Shown here in pieces: positions 10,205-18,995 of a stretch of DNA of 64,000 nucleotides. The stretch is from IMG/VR virus record IMGVR_UViG_3300032302_000065. One strand, given 5' to 3'. The stretch comes from a virus (taxonomy: Duplodnaviria; Caudoviricetes). The notes under the pieces are model-generated. The model made no database searches. It was not told where the DNA came from and saw only the letters and a list, made by a program, of their open reading frames with translations. Both the position numbers and the translations under genes were made by a program. Each line of letters begins with the position of its first letter. Position 1 is the stretch's first letter.

Positions 10205-10413
10205 TGGTATTAGTTGTATCGTTTTGTTATGGACAGCAATCACCCTACTGCCGTTTGCTTTTATCGCCCAAACCTTATACAAGGACATCGGCCGATGCTA
10301 ACCTTGCTTTCGTTTGGCACAACTGTATATAACTTCAATCTAGAATCCATTACATTGCCAGTGCATTATCCAAGTGGACACAGGATTTTTCCAAAACGAT
10401 ACAACTAATACCA
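10205..10413 (-). ncRNA. Putative structured ncRNA E1 closed by a perfect 22-bp stem
   Basis: IR 10205-10226/10392-10413 enclosing 165 nt with several hairpins. Confidence 0.65.
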
Positions 10414-10622
10414 CATTTAATTACACTGGATGATTGACAAAAATAACAGTTTTGAACCTGCCCTACCATGCCGTCCATGGATTTGTTTGTCAACCACATT
10501 ACGGACCAAGTTGTTCCAGCGTGATTCGCTCGTTCATGTAATCTAGAAGTGCCAGTCCGTCAACTGGTTCTCACTTGTTAAATTACCTACTGGCTTGGTA
10601 ACCAATGTAATTAAATCTGGTA
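10409..10622 (-). ncRNA. Putative structured ncRNA E2 closed by a 21-bp stem
   Basis: IR 10409-10429/10602-10622 (one G.U pair, one mismatch). Confidence 0.65.
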
Positions 10623-10693
10623 CACGGTACGGGAATCGAACCCGTCTTACATACGTGAAAGGCATGTGTCCTAAACCGATAGACGAACCGTGC
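10618..10693 (-). tRNA. tRNA-Glu(UUC)
   Basis: Cloverleaf, CCA. Confidence 0.92.
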
Positions 10694-10700
10694 ATATATT

Positions 10701-10804
10701 TTTTAAAGAACATCTGATTGATTTCTCAATCTATGAATAGAGTATAACACTCTACACATTTTTTGTCAACAACAATTTTTGATAACTGTTGTTTTTTTGC
10801 AACA
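10701..10804 (-). promoter_or_regulatory. Internal tRNA-array promoter with palindrome and downstream boxA-like site
   Basis: TTGACA-N17-TATACT 10741-10769; TGTTG-N8-CAACA 10787-10804; TGTTCTTTAAAA 10701-10712. Confidence 0.75.
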
Positions 10805-10805
10805 C

Positions 10806-10893
10806 TGGCAGAGAGTATGAGATTCGAACTCATGCACCGCTTTCGCAATGACGGTTTAGCAAACCGCTCCTTTAACCACTCAGGCAACTCTCT
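10806..10893 (-). tRNA. tRNA-Ser(GCU)
   Basis: Long variable arm, CCA. Confidence 0.92.
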
Positions 10894-10900
10894 ATAACTT

Positions 10901-10990
10901 TGGCGGAAGCGGTGAGATTCGAACTCACGGAACATTTCTGTTCGTCTGTTTTCAAGACAGGTGCAATAAACCGGACTCTGCCACACTTCC
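10901..10990 (-). tRNA. tRNA-Ser(UGA)
   Basis: Long variable arm, CCA. Confidence 0.92.
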
Positions 10991-10996
10991 ATATCT

Positions 10997-11072
10997 TGGT
11001 GCAACCTAGAGGAATCGAACCTCTTTCAATGGTTCTTCAGACCACCGCTATGACCACATCAGCTAAAGTTGC
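10997..11072 (-). tRNA. tRNA-Phe(GAA)
   Basis: Loop CT-GAA-GA, CCA. Confidence 0.9.
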
Positions 11073-11074
11073 AT

Positions 11075-11149
11075 TGGCGCACCCTGAGAGAATCAAACTC
11101 CCAATTCCTCGTTCGTAGCAAGGTGTGATATTCATTTCACTAAAGGCGC
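11075..11149 (-). tRNA. tRNA-Arg(ACG)
   Basis: Loop CT-ACG-AA; divergent D and T loops. Confidence 0.82.
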
Positions 11150-11156
11150 TAACATT

Positions 11157-11233
11157 TGGTGCCCTCTCTCAGATTCGAACTGAGACTTTACGGCTTCTAA
11201 GACCGTCCTCTCTACCAATTGGAGTAAGAGGGC
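11157..11233 (-). tRNA. tRNA-Leu(UAG) with short variable loop
   Basis: Loop CT-TAG-AA, A73-CCA. Confidence 0.82.
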
Positions 11234-11238
11234 ATTTT

Positions 11239-11312
11239 TGGTGCTCAGTACAAGAATCGAACTTGTGATAAACGCTTATCAAGCGTCCGTTATACCATTT
11301 AACTAACCGAGC
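11239..11312 (-). tRNA. tRNA-Ile(GAU)
   Basis: Cloverleaf, CCA. Confidence 0.92.
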
Positions 11313-11318
11313 AAAATC

Positions 11319-11393
11319 TGGTACCTTGTGACAGGATCGAACTGCCGACCTTCTCCTTGTAAGGGAGACACTCTACCGCTGAGTTAACAAGGC
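11319..11393 (-). tRNA. tRNA-Val(UAC)
   Basis: Cloverleaf, CCA. Confidence 0.92.
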
Positions 11394-11402
11394 AATTTTC
11401 TT

Positions 11403-11478
11403 TGGGGTGACCTATGGGATTTGAACCCATCCTATCGGAATCACAATCCGAGGTGCTGACCGCTAACACTAAGGTCAC
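11403..11478 (-). tRNA. tRNA-His(GUG)
   Basis: C73-CCA, TTGTGAT loop; encoded -1 base is T. Confidence 0.9.
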
Positions 11479-11492
11479 ACCAAAGAAAACTA

Positions 11493-11604
11493 CTACCATA
11501 TAGAAACACATTATACAACAGGTTTAGGTCTGCTTCTGTATCCTGTTACGGCTGAGTATGAAGTTATCTCTAGACCTATGCCGTAATGTGTTTTTATATG
11601 GTAG
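11493..11604 (-). ncRNA. Putative structured ncRNA E3 closed by a 21-bp stem, kissing-loop core
   Basis: IR 11493-11513/11584-11604 (1 mismatch) enclosing 70 nt. Confidence 0.65.
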
Positions 11605-11673
11605 GGGCACAGAGAATCGAACTCTGATTAATAGGTTAAAAGCCTACTACTTTAGCCGTTAAGTTATACCCCC
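11599..11673 (-). tRNA. tRNA-Lys(UUU)
   Basis: Cloverleaf, CCA. Confidence 0.92.
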
Positions 11674-11676
11674 ATT

Positions 11677-11751
11677 TGGTGGTGACAGTTGGATACGAGC
11701 CAACGACCTCCTGCGTATGAAGCAGATGCACTACCGCTGTGCTATGTCACC
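11677..11751 (-). tRNA. tRNA-Met(CAU), elongator
   Basis: Paired 1:72, TT-CAT-AC loop. Confidence 0.85.
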
Positions 11752-11757
11752 ATTTAT

Positions 11758-11831
11758 TGGCAGAGGGTACAAGGATCGAACTTGTGCTAACAGAGTCAAA
11801 GTCTGGTGTGCTACCGCTACACTAACCCCCA
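11758..11831 (-). tRNA. tRNA-Gln(UUG)
   Basis: Cloverleaf, G73-CCA. Confidence 0.92.
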
Positions 11832-11854
11832 ACATAAAAAATATGGATGCAAAT

Positions 11855-11866
11855 TGTTAAAGAACG
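11855..11866 (-). promoter_or_regulatory. boxA antitermination element
   Basis: CGTTCTTTAACA vs rrn/lambda boxA consensus (T/C)GCTCTTTAACA, just before the first tRNA. Confidence 0.75.
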
Positions 11867-11892
11867 TTTGTAATATATTCGATGATATACAC

Positions 11893-11929
11893 AAAGAAAA
11901 ACCCCCTAGAGTTTTCAGTCTCTAGGGGG
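11893..11929 (-). terminator. Intrinsic terminator (attenuator) upstream of the tRNA array
   Basis: CCCCCTAGAG-actgaaaa-CTCTAGGGGG-TTTTTCTTT. Confidence 0.9.
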
Positions 11930-11965
11930 CTTGTCTTTGTATTCTCTTTAGGACTTTTTTGGTCC

Positions 11966-12082
11966 TCAGGTATAACAAGCCCCCATCACTGGTGCGTGGC
12001 AATCGGATTTCTCAAAGCGAGAAATACTCTGCCACGTAATTGGCATATAATTTCTTGTTGAGAGTTTCGAAATTAAATTCAT
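11966..12082 (-). CDS. Putative attenuator leader peptide containing all 20 amino acids (MNLISKLSTRNYMPITWQSISRFEKSDCHAPVMGACYT)
   Basis: 38 codons; ATG 1 nt after the upstream TAA; 3' end GGGGGCTTGT complementary to a segment overlapping the terminator 5' arm. Confidence 0.8.
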   Translation of the reverse strand: MNLISKLSTRNYMPITWQSISRFEKSDCHAPVMGACYT

Positions 12083-12083
12083 T

Positions 12084-12368
12084 TTAGAGTACCGTTTCTT
12101 TCGTATAAATGTTAGACCATTTCTGGAGTTTTTCTTTTTTCTTTCGTGATGCGTTATCTACTTCATCAATATTAATAATACCTGTTTCAATCATCAATTG
12201 AATCATACAAAATAAATCACCAACTTCTTCTGTCAATCGTTCACGATTAGATGCGCCATTGTGTTGTGCATGTAATCCAAATCGAAAAACCTTACTGATT
12301 GCCTGTGTCACTTCTGCACATTCTTCCTGTGCAATCAATAAAATTTCTTTCTCATTCGCATTAATCAT
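12084..12368 (-). CDS. MazG-like nucleotide pyrophosphohydrolase
   Basis: EECAEV.QA.SK..RFG and EEVGDL motifs. Confidence 0.8.
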   Translation of the reverse strand: MINANEKEILLIAQEECAEVTQAISKVFRFGLHAQHNGASNRERLTEEVGDLFCMIQLMIETGIINIDEVDNASRKKKEKLQKWSNIYTKETVL

Positions 12369-12388
12369 TATCCAAACCTTTTCTCAAT

Positions 12389-15165
12389 TCACACATTCTG
12401 AATGAATTCTTTCACCAAGAATCGTTTCACTTCCCATGCGTTAGTCATTCGCACAGTCTTTTCTTTACTATTCAATCTGTATGTAATATATAGTCTTTTT
12501 GGAGCAGAAATTACCACAGCACCAAAAATATTTTTACTGAGTCCAAATGGTATCACATAAGCATCACCGTTGTCAAGTTTCTTCTTGGCATAACCATTAG
12601 CACCTTTGATCTTATCAAGACCACCAAATCGAACTGTATCTAAAATTTCAACAGCCATCGATTGTCGTGGACCCATACCATCAATATACATATTGTTCCT
12701 TATGCTTTGGTTCTCTCTTACGCTTGTCTGCAACCACACGCATACGATACTTAGGGCTACGCAAGTCCTTCGCTACCATGTTACGTGGTTTTGTTTTCGA
12801 CAATTTAAAATTCAGGCTCTCCATAACTTCCGTAATCCTCATCGGTTCCATATCCTGCTGAAGCCATAGCGGAATCAAAATCTCCGTCCATGTCATCATT
12901 ATACTCTGGATCAATAAAATTTGCAACAAATTCATCTACCATTTCAACTGGTAAATTAAGCATCATCGCAATCGTAGATTCTTCATAACCTTTTGCGTAC
13001 AACTCTTCAATTTCCATCGCCAATTCAGCCATCTTACTCATGCTAGTTCCTTTTGTTTATCCAAAACTTCTTGATACGTCATTGTAGGTTCTTTACTGGT
13101 GATAACACCATCAAACTCCAACTGAGATTTTTCGAACCATGAAAGATAATCATCACTTTCAATGGACCAATCGATCATAGTCTCACGGTTATACTCATTG
13201 TCCGTTTCGATACCAGTCAACGCAAATTTGACTAACTCATTATAGTCCACATTGAGCGGAATGTCAAGTATCTTATACTCGCAACCGCCTTTTGCTTTCC
13301 AATACTGAGGACACTCACCCTCACCATCCCAATCATGTGCGCCATAATTTTCGTGATATTGGGTAGAGATAACTAGCATCATATATTTATTCCTTAAAAC
13401 CTAAATTGAATTCCATCAACAACATTTTGGCAATATTGATATACTGCCGTGCATCATTTAAACCACGCTCGGTACCAGACTGCATCACTTCCTGTGCATC
13501 GGAAAGATAACTTGCAATTATCATGCCGGGACCAGAAAATTTGAAACTAATTGAATCCGTAACGGACTCAAGGATTTCGGATTTCGTAGCACCATATGCT
13601 TGGATTTCCCAGAGGGTTTGTTCATTCGCTGTTCGCATTTCAATGTCCTTTATCAACTCAACAGACTCTAGTTTAACAGGTTGGGTGGGTAAGTCAACAA
13701 CTATTTTTGGTAGTGTTGTTATTCTGCAACATGTCAGTCATAGATTCTCTCCAGTTTCATCATCAATGGCACCAGTGTAGACAGCAATTGTAACAGGCTG
13801 ACCCACAGGGATGTTATATTCGTTGACATACCGAAGTGCTTCTTCAACAGTAGGAAACTCCACCTCATCCAGCACCTTGTGGTCATTCACATGTCCGGCA
13901 TAGATAGGATAGACTTGAACATTGTGTACGATAACCATCATTAGTCCTTAAGCAAACATCTTGCGACCATCGACCATGAACCGTTCAAAGGCTTCCATCA
14001 CTCGCTCGGAGTAAATCATCTTACCTTCTTTTTGGATATCTTGCAACAACTCCAAGAAACCAATACCCAAAAATTCACGTTCTTTATTCAGAATACCAAT
14101 TGCTGTTTCGATTTTCATATTAAGCGCCATAAAAGTCAGAAGTAAAACCACAAGCATTATAGACACACTCACGAACTTCGGTGTCCATCGCCTCACCAAA
14201 TTTGCTATAGTCAGATTTCGCTAACATGTTAAGACACTTATAAGTCTGTGGCCATGTCAGGTTCATTGTAATTGCAGTAACGACAATACCGTGAACGGCT
14301 AAGTTACCAACTTCGCTAAACATTCCGTAAGAGATATCGGTTGTCAATGTAGTCATTTTATTTCCTTAAATCAAATCAATCTGAACTTGCATACCACGGG
14401 TTGTATAACCCAAACCAGTTGGAACCAACTCGTTATCTTTTTTAGCCATGTAACGCATATAAGATAATTTCAACAATGCATCACAAGCGGCGGCGCTATG
14501 GCTAGCAGTAGCAAAAGTACCGCACACACCACCTACAGTAGTGTAGACACCGAACCCATCAAACATCACACGGATTTTTTGTGAATTCTTAAAGCCGTCA
14601 ATAAAAGTCTTAGTACGCATATCAAATTTCCTTATTTCTCAATCACTACAGAATCTATTCTACTCTCTTGGGCAGAAAAGTCAACAACTATTTTTCAAGT
14701 TGTTGCTTTTTTGCAACAATCACAGATAGTGAGGACCCATCCACTGGATTGAGTATCCACCGTCCAGAATGTTACCACGTGCGGCGTTACGTGCAGGAGC
14801 CGCCCAACCAGCCGCTTTCAGAATGTCACCTTTACGGAATTTCTTGTCCGTATCAGTTTTCACAATGAAACCCCAAACCGAGGAACCAGTAACAATCTTG
14901 ATGTACTTGCTACCTTCATCAATTCGAATTCCGTTGATAAACTCGTCAAGCATCCGTGCTTGGATTTCGGTGCGAGGTTTACCACCAACGTTTTGCCAAC
15001 CTTCGTAATCGGCAACAATGTCATTCTTCAAGGTTTCTAGTGCTTCGTACATCATTTTCATTTCCTTTATCAATTAACCGAGGGTTTTAACAGAACCGCC
15101 AACTGCGGCACCGAACAGAACCATCGCAACAAACAAACCCATCAAAATCGCTAAAACCGTAATCA
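12389..15165 (-). CDS. Array of small hypothetical early proteins (12389-12691, 12681-~12824, 12805-13041, 13038-13382, 13387-13656, 13738-13941, 13948-14118, 14120-14356, 14366-14620, 14720-~15061, ~15071-15165)
   Basis: Short SD-preceded ORFs in cassettes behind repeated promoters. Confidence 0.7.
13670..13731 (-). promoter_or_regulatory. Early promoter plus palindrome
   Basis: TTGACT-N16-TAAACT; TGTTG-N8-CAACA 13714-13731. Confidence 0.75.
14657..14718 (-). promoter_or_regulatory. Early promoter plus palindrome
   Basis: TTGACT-N16-TAGAAT; TGTTG-N8-CAACA 14701-14718. Confidence 0.8.
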
Positions 15166-15202
15166 TTTAAATCTCCAATCAATCTCACTCACTACAGAAT
15201 CT

Positions 15203-15283
15203 ATTATACAGGCACTGGTGGGCAAGTCAACGGATATTTTCACTTTGTGCAAAAAAACAACGTTTTGTGGGGAAAAAACAACA
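15203..15283 (-). promoter_or_regulatory. Early promoter plus two degenerate palindromes
   Basis: TTGACT-N16-TATAAT; sites 15245-15262 and 15266-15283. Confidence 0.8.
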
Positions 15284-15378
15284 GCCCTAGAACCGGTTTT
15301 GGGCGGTTTCTAGGGCTGTGGAGAGGTGTCAGTACACTAGACGGCCAAAACCGTCCTAGACGGCGGTTTTAGGCGTCT
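15283..15378. repeat. GC-rich periodic element, copy B
   Basis: Phased GGCGGTTT units around a central AGTACA. Confidence 0.6.
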
Positions 15379-16623
15379 TCTTCGGCTTCATCCTCGTCCT
15401 GTGGGAGGGTTTCACCTCGTTCTAGTCGGTGGGTGTCGCACAATGTTGAAATCCATCCGTAGTTATTTGAACGACCAGGATTGCCACACTCTTCACATGT
15501 ACGATATGACATGGACTCTGCCATTGAAATCATTGCACCAATGCCTTCGGTATAACCATTAGTGTAGAATCGTAATCCACCAAACTTTTCTTTGACTTGG
15601 CTTGCTGTGACGTATGGCATGTATGGAGGAACTTCTTCATATTCTGCTCTTTCAATTGCTTTGTATGCATACTCAATTCCAAACTTGGTTGGTTCTGTAT
15701 AATCACCAAAACTAAAATGCATTTGAAGTGGACGTACATCTCCATTCAATGCACGTTTCAACGCACGATTAAATCTCAATGCTTTTGCACGTTCTTTACG
15801 TTTTTGATTCACATGATGTTGAATATGCAAACACAATACGTCAATGATGTTGTACCAACCATCACCACATTCAAAACCCCAACACATAGCAGTATGTGTC
15901 ATTGGTGCATGACGATACTTGAAAATCTTTGGGTACTTTGCACATAGTGCTTCATCCAATTCTTGTTTCATAATATATTCTCAGGGGTTATTTTATTTCG
16001 TCAAATTCTTCAAACTCATCCCAATCATCTTCATTTATATTTTTGGGATCAATAAATTTAGTTTGGTGCTTGAACTTATCTTTTTGCTTTTTCGATTCGT
16101 TCAACTTCGGTTTCCTTACTCTGCCTTCGTCTTCATAGAAGTCACGGAAACTGGAATATTTCTTTGTCTTGGCCATTTGTTACTCTGATTCTCCCTGCAA
16201 AATTTCAGGCAACGCTTCTTCGATTAATTTACGATTGATGCCTTTGTAAGTAAGTTTTTTTTCTTTCATCATCAGAACCAATTTGGCTTCTTCTGGTGAA
16301 ACGCTTTCCAGAACCTCAATAAAAATTGATTCACGTTTAATAGGATGCAAATTATTTCCAGTTATGAAATATTGAAACTTTCTCAATTCTCTAGGCAATC
16401 TATTGTGTCCCCAATTTGCTGGAGTCTCCATCTCTTTGTATGGAGGTACACCTTTAGGTAACTCAAACTGTATATTCTTATGAAATGTATATTTAAGAAC
16501 AGTTTTCAACTCTGGTGTCAAATTCGCAATTTGTTTCAATGCACTTGCTTTCTTCGCAACAGGCAAATCTCCGATATGCTGTAGCAACTCAGGCAAAGTC
16601 ATCTTCTCAATATTAATAGCCAT
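15369..16623 (-). CDS. Three hypothetical proteins (15369-15971, 15988-16176, 16180-16623)
   Basis: ORF track; QVKEKFGGLRFY motif in the first. Confidence 0.7.
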
Positions 16624-16624
16624 T

Positions 16625-17491
16625 TTAAAATTCCTGTATATGTTCCATCAACTGCTTCATGCGGTTTTGGATAAAATAGTTAAGTAGTTTTTCCCTACCA
16701 CGTTTAGGGGTATTATCATAAGTCTCAAGAATCTTCTCTTGATACTCAGTTGGAATCTTCGACAGGTCAATCAGCAATTCGTTTCGCTTGTAATTTCTCA
16801 GCATCACTTCATCACAAAAAGACTCAGGTTCTTCTTCTAACCACTTATTTAGTTTTTTCTCAGTTACAGGTTTTTGTCGTGCTTCTACAACAAATGTATC
16901 ATCGGAAGACAGAAAGTTAGGGATTCCATCGCTTCTGTCTCCTTTAAAAATATGTTCTTTTAGGAATTTGTCTGGATCGCTACAGCGCAAGAACTTCTTA
17001 GTCATTGGGCTATACTGTTCTACGTTTGCGAACTTTTGCAATTGCATAAAGTCTTTATCACTAGACAGAATCAGAATCTTTTCGGTAGTGCTGTTCTTAA
17101 GTGGAACGCCAAACTTGTGCGTCAACGTAGCAATAACGTCATCGGCTTCTGTCTTGTCAACTTGAATCACTTTGTACGGAAAGTATTCTTTGATTTCATC
17201 ACGCACTTTGTTTAGCGTTTCAAAAATCATATTCCAATCGAACGGAGATGCCTCTCTGTCTTTCTTACGACCTGCTTTGTAGTAGGGGAAGTAATCACGC
17301 CTCCAATACTTTTTGTCATCGCAACAGATAACAATCTCACCGTACTCATCTTTGAATTTGACATTGTACATACGAATGCTGTTCAGCACCATATGTCGTA
17401 CCATGTTTTCATCAATTGGGTTTGATGCATTTGAATTTATTTGCATCATCAAGTTTGAAATCATTACCTGATTCAAGTCAATCAAAATCAT
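16625..17491 (-). CDS. rnh: T4-like RNase H / 5'-3' exonuclease
   Basis: LID, WRR..FP.YK..R, EADD, SSDKDF.QL, GD.SDGIPN. Confidence 0.93.
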   Translation of the reverse strand: MILIDLNQVMISNLMMQINSNASNPIDENMVRHMVLNSIRMYNVKFKDEYGEIVICCDDKKYWRRDYFPYYKAGRKKDREASPFDWNMIFETLNKVRDEIKEYFPYKVIQVDKTEADDVIATLTHKFGVPLKNSTTEKILILSSDKDFMQLQKFANVEQYSPMTKKFLRCSDPDKFLKEHIFKGDRSDGIPNFLSSDDTFVVEARQKPVTEKKLNKWLEEEPESFCDEVMLRNYKRNELLIDLSKIPTEYQEKILETYDNTPKRGREKLLNYFIQNRMKQLMEHIQEF

Positions 17492-17497
17492 TTTAAG

Positions 17498-18619
17498 TTA
17501 TCCAGTTATTACTCTAACAATAATTGTATCAGAGTTAATTCGTCCTGTCAACTCGGAAGGTTTGGTAGTCAATCCGTCTAACAGTTTTTTCAACACAATT
17601 TTACCACCATCAAGTACTTGCTTAACAGTCACTTCAGGTTTACGCAAACGTTTGCCAGTGGATGTTTCGGTATTGAAGTTTTGAATTGTTGTGCCTTTGA
17701 TTGTCAAACCTTTTGCATTGTCAGCATTGTACATGCCAAGCAATTTTGTTTTGGTATTGTACAACCAGACTTGGTTTGCACCAATAATCTTTTCTGGTAA
17801 AACACTTTTCAAACTCAAGTCCGCAAACTCTTTCATGTATTGCACTTTAGCGGCAATCACGCTTGCAGGTTTCTCTTTTACTTTACGTGCTTTACGTGTA
17901 GGTTTGTTTTCTGCACCACGATTTGTTTCAGCAACAATCGCATCATAAAACTCTTTAACTTTACGCAATTGTACTTTGGTGAAATTGGAGTATGCCTCTT
18001 TCGTATCTGCATCCGTTGCATTCATCACTTCTTCGAATTCTTTAGAACGCTTGATGAATACTTCACACATGCGTTTTTGCACAACGGCAGATAATTCTTT
18101 ACCTTTCAGATATGATTGCATATCTGGTGCAGACTTGCATCCACCAGCAATGAAGTCATCTACAAGTCCTTCGATTTCACCGACTTCTTCAGATGCCTTT
18201 TCACGAATTCTATCTTGAATAGAAACGATTGGTGCGGTCGATGCAACAACAGGTACTTTTGCTTTTTTAGTTTTCTTTGCAGTCTCAACAACATTCTTAA
18301 ATTCTTTGACAAAGAATTTTTTGAATGATTCGGATGGTTCGTAACCCATACACATCATACGTGCTACCCAACCAAGTTGTACTGGAATAGATGCGTCACT
18401 TGATGCGACTAAAGAAATTTCTTCCTTCGGTCGATCAACGCTAGCCATGTATTCGACAACAAACGTTTTTGCTTGTTTGTTGTCACAAAAATAATTATAC
18501 CAATTCAATGCACGAATTTCTTCGCTTCTGAGATTTTGCATCTCGGCTTGATTGGTCCAAGAAGGTTCCATGCCATATGCTTTTGCATCGGCACCAGGAT
18601 TAATCTTGGAAAATTTCAT
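17498..18619 (-). CDS. Conserved T4-like hypothetical protein
   Basis: Long ORF; ALNWYNY and LRKPE...GRIN motifs. Confidence 0.75.
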   Translation of the reverse strand: MKFSKINPGADAKAYGMEPSWTNQAEMQNLRSEEIRALNWYNYFCDNKQAKTFVVEYMASVDRPKEEISLVASSDASIPVQLGWVARMMCMGYEPSESFKKFFVKEFKNVVETAKKTKKAKVPVVASTAPIVSIQDRIREKASEEVGEIEGLVDDFIAGGCKSAPDMQSYLKGKELSAVVQKRMCEVFIKRSKEFEEVMNATDADTKEAYSNFTKVQLRKVKEFYDAIVAETNRGAENKPTRKARKVKEKPASVIAAKVQYMKEFADLSLKSVLPEKIIGANQVWLYNTKTKLLGMYNADNAKGLTIKGTTIQNFNTETSTGKRLRKPEVTVKQVLDGGKIVLKKLLDGLTTKPSELTGRINSDTIIVRVITG

Positions 18620-18622
18620 AGT

Positions 18623-18955
18623 TTATTCACCCAATGTAAATGATACAGATTTGATAGAATCGTAGCGGAATGAACGCCATTCGTTTTTCTCTAAGTCAAC
18701 TACAGAAATAGACTCATCGGTTGAAGTTGTGCGAACACGTTCGGTTTTCTTTTCGTATGTTGGAATTGCAGACTCTAACAATGTGCATTTCATGGTACGC
18801 ATTGTGCCGTCTTTCTTTTGGAAATCAACAGTCACAGGACCATATTTGAGATGGCCAACAAGCCAATCACGAAATAGTTTTTGTTCTTTTGGTGTAGTTG
18901 TTGCATAATTAAAAGTTGTCATATCAAAGTTCTCCATGTTAAAAATATCTTTCAT
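18623..18955 (-). CDS. WYL_2/SH3-like beta-barrel protein
   Basis: V.F.KKDGT.R.M.CT ... D.EK.EWRSFR. Confidence 0.75.
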   Translation of the reverse strand: MKDIFNMENFDMTTFNYATTTPKEQKLFRDWLVGHLKYGPVTVDFQKKDGTMRTMKCTLLESAIPTYEKKTERVRTTSTDESISVVDLEKNEWRSFRYDSIKSVSFTLGE

Positions 18956-18966
18956 TCAATGTCTCT

Positions 18967-18995
18967 AGTATACCTACAATCCGTTCAGTTGTCAA
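18967..18995 (-). promoter_or_regulatory. sigma70-like promoter
   Basis: TTGACA-N17-TATACT. Confidence 0.75.

Noticed and set aside
10205-11604. E1-E3 as theta/HDV ribozymes, retron msr-msd, 6S RNA, tmRNA or Y RNA
   Set aside because: No HDV-type nested pseudoknot starting at the tRNA 3' end, no reverse transcriptase or Ro60 gene in the window, no tag ORF, and the cores are multibranched rather than rod-like.
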